DNA from: Candidatus Aenigmatarchaeota archaeon
GTDB taxonomy: Archaea; Aenigmatarchaeota; Aenigmatarchaeia; JACPZZ01
Direction of reading: 5' to 3'
NCBI GenBank assembly: GCA_043801595.1
Contig: JAZDLW010000028.1
Span: forward strand, 1,336 to 65,335
Length of the DNA: 64,000 bases
This document shows positions 9,602-19,275 of the stretch, piece by piece (the stretch's first letter is position 1; each line of letters begins with the position of its first letter). The notes beneath the pieces are model-generated. The model saw only the letters and a program-made list of their open reading frames with translations. It did no database searches and was not told the origin of the DNA. The position numbers and the translations under genes were made by a program.

Positions 9602-10867
9602 ATGAAAAGCGAACCAAATGAACTTTTTGGAAAAGTTCAATCAAAAATGATACCCGAAGCAAACATAGGAACAGTCGGGCATGTCGAACACGGGAAAACA
9701 ACACTCTCCGAAGCGTTGAGCGGAAAATGGACAGGCACTCATTCTGAAGAGGTTAAGCGCGGTTTAACGATTAAACTCGGTTATGCGGATGTAACTATTT
9801 ACAAATGCGATAAATGCGAGGGCGTTGAAGCATATTCAACTATGCCGAAATGCCTCAAACATGGGTCTGAGTTGGCCGCGTTGAGGACGATAAGCCTTGT
9901 CGACGCTCCAGGACACGAAATGCTGATGGCGACGGTTCTTGCCGGCGCATCGTTAATGGACGGCGCGCTTTTCGTAATAGCAGCGAACCAAAAATGTCCG
10001 CAGCCGCAGACACGCGAGCATTTAATGGCGCTTAACATAACAGGCGTTGAAAAAATAATCATAGTTCAGAACAAGATCGATTTGGTTGCACCGGAAAAAG
10101 TCAAGGAGAATTATGAACAAATCAAGAGTTTCATAAATGGAACCGTTGCGGAAAATGCGCCGATAATACCGATAAGCGCGAAACAGAGAATAAACATAGA
10201 CGCGCTGCTCGCGACTGTGGAGGAGATAATTCCGACGCCGAAGCGTGATCCAACTAAAGAACCGAAAATGCTTGTTGTGCGCACGTTTGACATTAACAAG
10301 CCTGGTTACACACCCGACAAGCTTTCGGGCGGCGTGCTTGGCGGGTCGCTGATACAGGGCGAGTTCAAAGTCGGCGATGAAATCGAGATACGTCCGGGGA
10401 TAAAAGTTGAACGCGAAAATAAAATTTTCTGGGAACCTTTGTTCTCAAAGATAACGGGGTTGCAGAAAAGGAGCATGCTGATTGACAAGGCTGGCCCGGG
10501 CGGTTTGCTCGGGTTGATGACAGGGCTTGACCCAGCGTTGACGAAGGCTGATTCATTGGCAGGATCGGTTGTCGGATATCCAGGCAAATTACCGCCTGTT
10601 CTTGACAAGTTAAGAATAGAAACCGAATTGATGGAAAGCATTGTCGGGGCGGAAGAGACGCTGAAAGTCGAGAACATACGCACCAATGAACCGTTAATGC
10701 TTACGATCGGAACGAGCCGGACCGTTGGCGTCGTAACGTCGGCGAGAAAGGACGATTTTGAAATAAATTTGAAGCTTCCGGTCTGCGTTAACAAGGGAAA
10801 TCGCGTTGCAATATCGCGACAGGTCGCCACAAGGTGGCGGTTGATAGGGTCGGGCGTGATACGATAA
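9602..10867 (+). CDS. eif2g: Translation initiation factor 2 subunit gamma
   Basis: NIGTVGHVEHGKTT, EEVKRGLTIKLGYA, Zn knuckle, DAPGH, NKID, C-terminal RWRLIG. Confidence 0.97.
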   Translation: MKSEPNELFGKVQSKMIPEANIGTVGHVEHGKTTLSEALSGKWTGTHSEEVKRGLTIKLGYADVTIYKCDKCEGVEAYSTMPKCLKHGSELAALRTISLVDAPGHEMLMATVLAGASLMDGALFVIAANQKCPQPQTREHLMALNITGVEKIIIVQNKIDLVAPEKVKENYEQIKSFINGTVAENAPIIPISAKQRINIDALLATVEEIIPTPKRDPTKEPKMLVVRTFDINKPGYTPDKLSGGVLGGSLIQGEFKVGDEIEIRPGIKVERENKIFWEPLFSKITGLQKRSMLIDKAGPGGLLGLMTGLDPALTKADSLAGSVVGYPGKLPPVLDKLRIETELMESIVGAEETLKVENIRTNEPLMLTIGTSRTVGVVTSARKDDFEINLKLPVCVNKGNRVAISRQVATRWRLIGSGVIR

Positions 10868-10869
10868 GG

Positions 10870-11895
10870 ATGTCAGACACGATAACAGCCTCCGCTCCCA
10901 TGAAAATACACCTTATAGGCGAGCATTCTGTTGTTTATGGCGAGCCTGCAATAATAGCTGCGATAGGCACCAGAGTGCGGGTAAAGTTGTCGGAAAGCGA
11001 TAACATTGTAATCAAAGACGACCAACTCAAAGAGAATTTTGAGTTCAGCGTTGACGAGGTGCTATCTTTTACAAAGAGTGCAAGAAATGTTTGGAAAGAA
11101 TGCAATGCAAAAAATAATTTTGGCGAGATAGCGAAGATAGCGTCGGATCATGCCGGCTTCAAGATGGCCTCGATAGGAGAAGCCATGCTTCGATTGAAAA
11201 TAAAATCCGGTGTGTTCCTTGAGGTCGATCGCGATTTCCCGCCGTTGGGCGGATTAGGATCGTCGGCCGCGTATGCTGTTGCTTTGCCCTTTGCGCTTGC
11301 CAGGTTAAACGGAAAAAGCGTGACAAGGGAGGAAGCGAATGATATAGCATTTGAGATAGAGAAATTCAGCCATGGCTCGCCCAGCGGCGGGGACAATACA
11401 GTCTGCTGCTTTGGAGGGCTGGTCTGGTTTCAAAAATCATCGCCTAAAGCCATAATCGAGAGTCTAGATTCGGATGCTTTCGATAATTTCGTTCTCGTAT
11501 ACACCGGTGAACCTGAAAAGAGCAGGGCGTCGATCATACAAGGCGTGAAGGATCTTGAAGAGGATTATAGAAATCGCAGAATAAAGGCGCTCGGCGCTGC
11601 GACGGTAAAGATGAGGGACGCCATCGTTGGACGCAATTTCGATTCTATAAAAAATCTTATCAATCTTGCCCAGCGAAATCTCGCAGAACTTGGCGTTTCC
11701 ACGAGAAATATAGACAGGATAGCACAGGCTGTTGTGGGCGTTGGCGGCGCTGCAAAACTGTGCGGAGCAGGTGGAGGAGGTTTCATGCTGTGCTGCCATG
11801 AAAATAAAAACAAGCTGGTAAATCTGATTAAAAATTTGGGATATGATCCGATTGAAATTTCTCTGGCGGCAGAAGGCGTGCGTATCGAAAAATGA
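10870..11895 (+). CDS. mvk: Mevalonate kinase
   Basis: APMKIHLIGEHSVVYG, GHMP loop GGLGSSAA, HGSPSGGDN, KLCGAGGGG. Confidence 0.9.
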   Translation: MSDTITASAPMKIHLIGEHSVVYGEPAIIAAIGTRVRVKLSESDNIVIKDDQLKENFEFSVDEVLSFTKSARNVWKECNAKNNFGEIAKIASDHAGFKMASIGEAMLRLKIKSGVFLEVDRDFPPLGGLGSSAAYAVALPFALARLNGKSVTREEANDIAFEIEKFSHGSPSGGDNTVCCFGGLVWFQKSSPKAIIESLDSDAFDNFVLVYTGEPEKSRASIIQGVKDLEEDYRNRRIKALGAATVKMRDAIVGRNFDSIKNLINLAQRNLAELGVSTRNIDRIAQAVVGVGGAAKLCGAGGGGFMLCCHENKNKLVNLIKNLGYDPIEISLAAEGVRIEK

Positions 11896-11896
11896 T

Positions 11897-13003
11897 TTAA
11901 ACTTTTTCTACAGCCACACCGTTCTTATCTATCAATGCATCGATGACGTATAATCCTGATTTTTCCCACCCACTCTTGATATTGTCTGCGGTTTTGTTGT
12001 CAAAACAGATTGCAATACCGCAGTCTCCTCCGCCAGCACCGGACAGCTTTCCGGCAGCACCGGCATTATTTGCAATTTCAGAAAGCATCTTTAATTCCTT
12101 CGTTTCTATGTTCACACCCGATTCTGCGCCGAGTTCTTTAAGCAGGTTTTCATTTTCGTTGACCAGTTCGAATATTTTTTTTCTGTCTTGTTTTTTCCAC
12201 GCGTTAATCAGGTTTTCCACTAGTTTTCCTATGCTGCCGTAAATACTGTTGTATTTTTCAGGATCGAATTTTTTGAAATCCTGCATCTGTTTTATCATCG
12301 TGCTTGTTGATGCGGATTCTTTTGTCCAGCCAACCATGATAATGATATCATTTGGAATATTCAATTTTTCAATCTTTAATCCGGGCCATTTCATCGCGAC
12401 TATGTCCCGTACGGATTTTTTGGATTCGAATTGCTTCAAAAGCCACATGGAATCAAATCTATTGTAGGCGATAATTCCGCCGTACGTAGATGCTGCAACA
12501 TCGAACGCTGACCCTATTTTACCTTGTGCGAAATAATGCGCTATGGCAGCTAGCTTGTAAATATTTTCCTTGTTTTTATCCGTCTTTATGCTGTTGAATT
12601 CGAGTATCGCGGCGATTATCGCTACAACGGCCGCTGCCGAAGAGCCGAAACCGATCTTTTTGTTTTTGCCGTCGATTTTTATCTGCGATTCTTCGCCCCA
12701 CGAGCGAAGCTTGAAAGGTTTGTAGTTTTCCAAATATAGAAGCGCGGTTTCAATTGCAGATTTTGTGAAAATCAGATTTTTAGTTTGTTCTTCGTTTGTG
12801 TTTTTCCACGATACTTTTTCATTGTTGTAAACAGCTTTTATTTTCCTGATATTGAAATCGTCAAGCGAGACGCTTATTTCTTTACATTCGGATATTTCGA
12901 CGAAAACGCGCTTGTTGATGGCGGATACAATGCACGTGTTTCCTTCGAGCACAGACCATTCTCCAGCTATCATCAGTTTTCCAGGGGCGTTCAGTTTCAA
13001 CAT
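11897..13003 (-). CDS. mvaK2: Phosphomevalonate kinase (ERG8/MvaK2 type)
   Basis: APGKLMIAGEWSVLEG, KIGFGSSAA, AHYFAQGKIGSAFDVAASTYGG, KLSGAGGGDCG. Confidence 0.9.
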   Translation of the reverse strand: MLKLNAPGKLMIAGEWSVLEGNTCIVSAINKRVFVEISECKEISVSLDDFNIRKIKAVYNNEKVSWKNTNEEQTKNLIFTKSAIETALLYLENYKPFKLRSWGEESQIKIDGKNKKIGFGSSAAAVVAIIAAILEFNSIKTDKNKENIYKLAAIAHYFAQGKIGSAFDVAASTYGGIIAYNRFDSMWLLKQFESKKSVRDIVAMKWPGLKIEKLNIPNDIIIMVGWTKESASTSTMIKQMQDFKKFDPEKYNSIYGSIGKLVENLINAWKKQDRKKIFELVNENENLLKELGAESGVNIETKELKMLSEIANNAGAAGKLSGAGGGDCGIAICFDNKTADNIKSGWEKSGLYVIDALIDKNGVAVEKV

Positions 13004-13059
13004 AATATAAACCTATTAGATGTAATGTTAAATAAACTATTGAGTGAAAAGTGAAATTC

Positions 13060-14049
13060 ATGAAGGCCACCGCGATCGCAAATGCAAACATAGCCCTTGT
13101 CAAATACTGGGGCAAGCGCGATGCAAAGCTCATGCTGCCGCAGAACGGGAGCATTTCAATGACGTGCGACGGGTTGACGACAACGACAACGGTCGAGTTC
13201 TCGGAAAAGTTAAAAAACGACAGCGTTACGATCAATGACGAGGAATTACTGAAAGATAAAGATGCTGTTATTGCGCATCTGGACCTGATCCGAGGATTGG
13301 CAAAGATAAACCTTAAAGCAAAAATGGTTTCCAAAAGTAATTTTCCGGTTGCTGCTGGATTGGCCTCGTCGGCGTCGGGTTTTGCCGCTCTTACTGTTGC
13401 AGCCGCGAAAGCGGCAGGTTTGGATTTGAATGAGCGTGAGTTGACCATGTTGGCGCGCCGCGGCTCCGGCTCTGCGTCACGTTCTATCAGCGAAGGGTTT
13501 GTTGAATGGCATCGGGGAGAAAAAACCAACGGAGAGGATTCATACGCGGAATCGATTGTAAAGAAAGACTATTGGAAAGATTTCAGGATGATAACAACAA
13601 TAGTCACGGAGTCGAAGAAAAAAATAAGTTCGCGTGCAGGAATGGCACAAACGATAGCTACGTGCCCGTATTACGAAGGCTGGCTGAAAACGGTCGGCGA
13701 AGATTTGAATACGGTTAGAGAAGGCATCAGGGAACGTGATTTTGACAAGGTCGGATTGTGCGTTGAGCAGAACTGCCTAAAAATGCATGCTACGATGATG
13801 ACCACCAAACCCGCGATAATTTATTGGCAGCCGGCAACAATGGAGATCATACAATCGGTAATGATGTGGCGTGAACAGGGGATTAATTGTTATTTCACAA
13901 TCGATGCCGGTCCCAATGTCAAGGTTATATGCCTTGAAAAAGACGTGAAAAAAATCAACGAAATGTTGTTGGAATTGGAAGGCGTAAAGAAGACCATAAT
14001 CTGCAGGCTAGGCGACGCTGCCAGGCTTACCAATGAACATCTATTTTGA
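13060..14049 (+). CDS. mvaD: Diphosphomevalonate decarboxylase
   Basis: ANIALVKYWGKRD, FPVAAGLASSASG, RRGSGSASRS, TIDAGPNV. Confidence 0.95.
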   Translation: MKATAIANANIALVKYWGKRDAKLMLPQNGSISMTCDGLTTTTTVEFSEKLKNDSVTINDEELLKDKDAVIAHLDLIRGLAKINLKAKMVSKSNFPVAAGLASSASGFAALTVAAAKAAGLDLNERELTMLARRGSGSASRSISEGFVEWHRGEKTNGEDSYAESIVKKDYWKDFRMITTIVTESKKKISSRAGMAQTIATCPYYEGWLKTVGEDLNTVREGIRERDFDKVGLCVEQNCLKMHATMMTTKPAIIYWQPATMEIIQSVMMWREQGINCYFTIDAGPNVKVICLEKDVKKINEMLLELEGVKKTIICRLGDAARLTNEHLF

Positions 14050-14134
14050 CAATATTACCGGATCATTCTTATCGGTCCGATGTTTCGATATGCGTATGCT
14101 TAAATAATATCTGCCATGAACGCAAAAGTTAAGC

Positions 14135-15451
14135 ATGGGCATCCGTTTTAGTGCGCTGGTTTCTGCGGTTTTACTCGTTTTTTTCGCATATTCTGCAGTC
14201 GCAAGCGGGCTTGACCTTAACACGGACAAGGAAGTCTACAAGCTCGGCGACGTTGTAAAGATTTTCGGGGCGTCGGCTAATGAAAATGTTTCCATATCAT
14301 TGTTGGGCATTTCTCCGCTGCAAGCCGTTGCTACGGCCTATGTTAGCGGCGGCAGGTTTTCATACGAATATCAAACGCTTCCGGGCGACTCAGGCATTAC
14401 ACTGGTCAGGGCCGAATCTTCCGATGCGGTGAGTGAAAAGAGGATCTTTATCCAAAATAACGAAAGCGATGTGCTGGGCGTTGAGTTTGTAACGCCCGCA
14501 AACAATGAAAAGTTTTTCAAGGACAGCAACCTGACAATAAAGGCAAGGGTAACCGAAAATTCCGCGCCTGTCAGCGACGCATCTGTTCGATGCGTCATAT
14601 CGATGCCCTGGCGCGGAACATCTCCGATAATAGAACTCCAGCCGGTCGGAGAATTTTTCATTGATTCGTATTACATAACAGAGGCGGATGTTAAAGCGGG
14701 CGGGGTTTACGTGAATACGTACCAGATAGGGCGCGGAGATCCCACCCAGTTTTGGGTTGTAAAATGCGTAGCGGAAAAAGACGGGTTAACGGGCGGAGTT
14801 TCAAGGGCAATAAGGGTTGTCAACAAGCCGATAACGCTGGATATTCTATCGCCCGTAAAGGGCGCCCTTGAGCGGGGAGAACGGATTGATATAATCGTCA
14901 GGGCGTATTACGAGGACGGTTCGCCTGCGAAAAACGCGATACTTGTCATAGAAGATTCTGACGATAGGCTGTCGAAAATGTACAACGTGTCCGACTCCGG
15001 TGTTTTCGAGTTCAGAAATTACGATACCATTTCAAAAAACGATTACATTTTTCTTGGCATAACAGCAACGGATGATGTCGGTAATGTTGGGAAAAACTCC
15101 GCTTTGTTCCAAATAACGAAAAGCAGCCTGCAGGATGTCGCTTATAAAATGTGGTGGGTTGTTCCGATGCTGATGACAATAATGCTGCTTACGATCTACC
15201 TTGAGAGGCAAATGGAATCATCTTACATATCATCCGTTTCCAAAACTAAAAAAGCGAAGCAGCGGCTGGAAGAATTGTACGATGAAAAGGAAGTTATACA
15301 GGATGCGAAGTCCTCGCTTGAGGAGAATTATTACAAGCGTGAATTGGACGAAGAAACATTCAAGCGCATGATGGAAGGTTACGGCCGGGAATTGATAGAA
15401 ATAGACATAAAGATCAAAAGGCTTAAAGAAGAACTAAAATCATCGCAGTGA
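14135..15451 (+). CDS. Single-pass membrane protein: signal peptide, Ig-like ectodomains, TM, cytoplasmic coiled coil
   Basis: N-terminal signal; TM WWVVPMLMTIMLLTIYL; acidic/basic heptad tail. Confidence 0.75.
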   Translation: MGIRFSALVSAVLLVFFAYSAVASGLDLNTDKEVYKLGDVVKIFGASANENVSISLLGISPLQAVATAYVSGGRFSYEYQTLPGDSGITLVRAESSDAVSEKRIFIQNNESDVLGVEFVTPANNEKFFKDSNLTIKARVTENSAPVSDASVRCVISMPWRGTSPIIELQPVGEFFIDSYYITEADVKAGGVYVNTYQIGRGDPTQFWVVKCVAEKDGLTGGVSRAIRVVNKPITLDILSPVKGALERGERIDIIVRAYYEDGSPAKNAILVIEDSDDRLSKMYNVSDSGVFEFRNYDTISKNDYIFLGITATDDVGNVGKNSALFQITKSSLQDVAYKMWWVVPMLMTIMLLTIYLERQMESSYISSVSKTKKAKQRLEELYDEKEVIQDAKSSLEENYYKRELDEETFKRMMEGYGRELIEIDIKIKRLKEELKSSQ

Positions 15452-15510
15452 ATGCTTCGAAAATCAATAAATACCATCCCAGCGCAATCATTATTAAGTA
15501 GTGTGGTAAT

Positions 15511-16182
15511 ATGGCGATAGAACGTACACCATCCGGGATAAACGGATTGGACGAATTGATGGAAGGCGGTTTTGTAAGAAATTCGGCAATACTGGTAACC
15601 GGTAAAACTGGATCCGGAAAAACGACGTTTATAACCCAGTTTCTTTATGCGGGCGCGAAATTGTACCGCGAGCCGGGAATACTCGTGACAACCGAAGAAA
15701 CTGCGAAAAGCATGAGAAACCATGCAGCAAGATTCGGTTGGAATGTTGAAGAGCTTGAAAAAACCGGCGGCCTGAAGATAATCGAGGTCGAACCTTTCTC
15801 TATAGAAACGCTGGTGAGCATGCTTGAGCGCGAAATAACGGCGCTTAGGGCGAAAAGGATCGTGATCGATTCGGTCAGCATGTTTGAAATGTACATTGAC
15901 AAACAGCTGGAAATGAGAAAGCTGCTTTTCAAGATTCTAAGGCGGTTGAAAGACTTGGGAACAACCGTGATGATAACCTCTGAAATACCCGAAGATTCGC
16001 AGTCTCTCAGCCGTTACGGCGTTGTCGAATTTGCGGCTGATGCGGTTGTTGTTCTCCAGTATATGAGCCTGACAAAATACAAAAGAAGCCTCATGATAAG
16101 GAAGATGCGTGATACCAACCATTCGATGGATATACATCCGTTCGAGATAACGACCAATGGGATAACGCTGGTAAGCATGTAG
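15511..16182 (+). CDS. KaiC-like/RecA-superfamily ATPase (single domain)
   Basis: TPSGINGLDELMEGG, GKTGSGKT, TTEE, IVIDSVS, RSLMIRKMR.T.H. Confidence 0.9.
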   Translation: MAIERTPSGINGLDELMEGGFVRNSAILVTGKTGSGKTTFITQFLYAGAKLYREPGILVTTEETAKSMRNHAARFGWNVEELEKTGGLKIIEVEPFSIETLVSMLEREITALRAKRIVIDSVSMFEMYIDKQLEMRKLLFKILRRLKDLGTTVMITSEIPEDSQSLSRYGVVEFAADAVVVLQYMSLTKYKRSLMIRKMRDTNHSMDIHPFEITTNGITLVSM

Positions 16183-16234
16183 CGGACTGCTGCCTTTATT
16201 TATCAATCTCCTGTAAGAATTTTTAGTGCTTGAA

Positions 16235-18838
16235 ATGGTCGAAAAGAATTACAGCGGATTGACGTCGGAAGACGCGAAAAAACTTCTCGAGGAATTCGGT
16301 TATAACAAGCTAAGGGAGAAAAAAGGTCGTTCAGCGTTGATGTTGCTGGCTGAACAGTTTTTCAATTTTTTGATAATCATACTTATCATAGCCTCTGTTG
16401 TCTCGGTTTTGCTCGGGGAAATAATCGACGCGGCGGCTATTATAATCATAGTAATTTTAAACGCGGTTCTCGGTTTTGTGCAGGAATACAGGGCTGAAAA
16501 ATCGCTCGAGGCGCTGAAGAAAATAGTCAGTCCTGTTGCAAAGGTTGTGAGGAACGGCAAAGAAACGGTTATACCCGCATCGGAGATTGTACCTGGCGAC
16601 CTGATAACGCTCGATGCAGGAGATAAAGTTCCGGCGGATTGCAGAATACTGGAATCTTTCAGTATCCATGCGGATGAGTCCGCGCTTACAGGCGAGTCGT
16701 TGCCGGTTGAAAAAAGCGCCGATGCACTGGTTGATGAAAATGCACCCGTGGCTGACAGGAAAAACAAATTGTTCATGGGGACAGTCATAACATACGGGCG
16801 TGCGAAGGCTTTTGTTGAAAAAACAGCGATGAATACGGAGATCGGAAAGATAGCCGATCTGATTCAGGAACAGAAGATTTACAAGACGCAGCTGCAGGAA
16901 AAACTCGACAATTTCGGCAAAGACATGGCAAAGGTGATCTTTGTTGCCATATTCGTCATATTTGCACTCGGTGTCTCAGGCGGAACGCCCGTATTACGCA
17001 TGTTCCTCGCGTCCGTTTCGCTGGCAGTCGCTGCGATACCTGAAGGATTGCCAGCTGTGGTGACGACATGTCTCGCGCTGGGAGTTTACAGGATGGCAAA
17101 GCATAATGCGATTGTAAGAAAACTTCCCGCAGTCGAAACGCTCGGTTCGACCACTGTCATAGTCAGCGATAAGACCGGAACATTGACGGAAAATGAAATG
17201 ACTGTTAAAAAAATAATGGTTGACAATGCGTTGTACGACGTAAGCGGTAGCGGTTACAGCGCAGAAGGAAAGTTCCTGCTGGACGGCAATGAGACTGAAG
17301 CTAACGAAGATTTGAAATTTTTATTGACAACCGGAATGCTTTGCAGCAACGCGGCATTTTCGATGGGCGAACCGCCGGAAATAGTGGGCGACCCGACAGA
17401 GGTTGCGATACTGGTTGCCGGCGCAAAGGCATCGCTTGACAAAGCGCTGCTTGACGCGTCTTATCAAAAGAAATTTGAAGTCGTATTCGATTCGGATAAA
17501 AAAAGGATGAGCACGGTCGTTTCGCATGACAACGGAGAAACGGTTTGCATGAAAGGGGCGGCGGATGTAATAATTAAACTTTGCACAAAGGAACGAAAAG
17601 GCGGCAAGGACACCAAACTTACGGAAAAACGAAGGGCTGAAATACTTTCGATGACCGAAAAAATGGCATCGGAAGCGCTTCGCGTAATAGCAATAGCTTA
17701 CAAAACTTACGGTTCCGACGTTTACGAAGAGGATGAAATTGAGAAGGACATGGTTTTTCTCGGCCTGGTCGGGATGATGGATCCGCCAAGACCGGAGGTA
17801 AAAGAGTCGATTGAAATGTGCAAGAGGGCCGGAATAAAAACGATGATGATAACCGGTGACCACAAAGTTACGGCAATCGCGATTGCAAAGGAGCTGGGTT
17901 TTGCAGAGGGGCTGGTCCTGACCGGCGAAGAGCTTGAGAAGTTAACGGACGAAGAGTTTGAAAAAATCGTTGAAAATGTTTACGTTTACGCGCGCATGTC
18001 GCCGCAGCACAAGACGAGAATAGTAAAGATGCTGCAGAAAAAAGGCGAGATTGTCGCAATGACAGGCGACGGCGTAAACGATGCGCCCGCGCTGCGAATG
18101 GCGGACATAGGCATTGCGATGGGCGTTACGGGAACGGATGTTGCGAAAGAGGCGTCGACGATGGTATTGGCAGACGATAATTTCGCCACAATCGTAAGCG
18201 CTGTAAGGGAAGGCCGCGGAATTTACGACAATATCAAAAAGTTCGTTTTTTACCTTCTCTCGTGCAACGTTGGCGAAGTTTTGACAGTGTTTTTCGCGAT
18301 ACTGCTGCGATTGCCGCTTCCGCTTGCGGCTGTGCAGATATTGTGGATGAACCTCCTGACAGACGGCTTGCCTGCATTGGCGCTGGGCGTGCAGCCTACT
18401 GAGAAGGATGTAATGTACCGGAAACCAAGACCTAAAACTCAGGAAATACTCGATAAAAAAACATTGTTCGATATAATATTGGTGGGCATTGCCATGTCAA
18501 TCGGGACGCTGTATCTTTTCGTCAGCTATCTGCCCGACATTGCGAAAGCTATGACAGTCTCATTTACAACAATAGTATTTTTCCAGCTGTTCCACGCGTT
18601 TAGCTGCCAGTCGGACAAATCGTTGCTGAAGGCCGGTATAAAAAACAAATATCTTGCGCTGGCTCTGGCGTTTTCCGCGATATTGCAGCTTGCCGTGATC
18701 TATGTTCCATTTTTGGATCCGGTGTTCGAAACAGTTTCGCTTTCAGCAGCTGAAATGGCAGAAATCGTTTTCGTTTCATTCCTGATAATACCTTTTGTAG
18801 AGGCGATAAAGTTTTTCGGACGAAGGGCTAAAAAATGA
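16235..18838 (+). CDS. P-type IIA (Ca2+-like) cation-transporting ATPase
   Basis: TGES, PEGL, DKTGTLT, KGAA, MITGDH, GDGVNDAPAL, NLLTDGLPALALG. Confidence 0.93.
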   Translation: MVEKNYSGLTSEDAKKLLEEFGYNKLREKKGRSALMLLAEQFFNFLIIILIIASVVSVLLGEIIDAAAIIIIVILNAVLGFVQEYRAEKSLEALKKIVSPVAKVVRNGKETVIPASEIVPGDLITLDAGDKVPADCRILESFSIHADESALTGESLPVEKSADALVDENAPVADRKNKLFMGTVITYGRAKAFVEKTAMNTEIGKIADLIQEQKIYKTQLQEKLDNFGKDMAKVIFVAIFVIFALGVSGGTPVLRMFLASVSLAVAAIPEGLPAVVTTCLALGVYRMAKHNAIVRKLPAVETLGSTTVIVSDKTGTLTENEMTVKKIMVDNALYDVSGSGYSAEGKFLLDGNETEANEDLKFLLTTGMLCSNAAFSMGEPPEIVGDPTEVAILVAGAKASLDKALLDASYQKKFEVVFDSDKKRMSTVVSHDNGETVCMKGAADVIIKLCTKERKGGKDTKLTEKRRAEILSMTEKMASEALRVIAIAYKTYGSDVYEEDEIEKDMVFLGLVGMMDPPRPEVKESIEMCKRAGIKTMMITGDHKVTAIAIAKELGFAEGLVLTGEELEKLTDEEFEKIVENVYVYARMSPQHKTRIVKMLQKKGEIVAMTGDGVNDAPALRMADIGIAMGVTGTDVAKEASTMVLADDNFATIVSAVREGRGIYDNIKKFVFYLLSCNVGEVLTVFFAILLRLPLPLAAVQILWMNLLTDGLPALALGVQPTEKDVMYRKPRPKTQEILDKKTLFDIILVGIAMSIGTLYLFVSYLPDIAKAMTVSFTTIVFFQLFHAFSCQSDKSLLKAGIKNKYLALALAFSAILQLAVIYVPFLDPVFETVSLSAAEMAEIVFVSFLIIPFVEAIKFFGRRAKK

Positions 18839-19221
18839 AAATAAAAAAAATCATACTCGATGCGAATGTTTTCATAGAGGCGGCTAAAAACAAAATTAAC
18901 CTGTTTGACCAGGTTGCGGAATCGTTTCCCGATGCGGACATTGTTTCTTCCGCGTTCATTATGGCCGAGTTGCGAAGAATCGCACGAAAAAAAAGCAACG
19001 ACTCGATAGCGGCGAAAATAGCGCTGCAAATTTTTGCTGATGGGGTGAGAATAAAAAAAACAAAAACCGCTGGTGACGATTCGCTGCTCGAACTTTGCGA
19101 TAGCAATTCCGTTCTAATTACACAGGACAGAGAATTGCGGGGAAGATGCGCGAAAGCGGGATTTTCAACAGGTTATGTCAGGGAAAGAAAGTATCTGATC
19201 ATAGGCGGCAAATCTTGCTGA
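18835..19221 (+). CDS. PIN-domain protein (Fcf1/Utp24-like, the one usually found between eif2g and rpoE)
   Basis: IILDAN, IMAEL, GDD.LL, LITQD.EL, GYVRE.K.L. Confidence 0.85.
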   Translation: MKIKKIILDANVFIEAAKNKINLFDQVAESFPDADIVSSAFIMAELRRIARKKSNDSIAAKIALQIFADGVRIKKTKTAGDDSLLELCDSNSVLITQDRELRGRCAKAGFSTGYVRERKYLIIGGKSC

Positions 19222-19275
19222 AAACGGTTAAAAAATACTTAAATACCCAAATTTCCATATTTAGGAAAGATATTC

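Noticed and set aside
9602-10867. GHVEHGKT instead of GHVDHGKT in aIF2-gamma
   Set aside because: It is a single conservative change with all other motifs intact; too weak to claim altered function.
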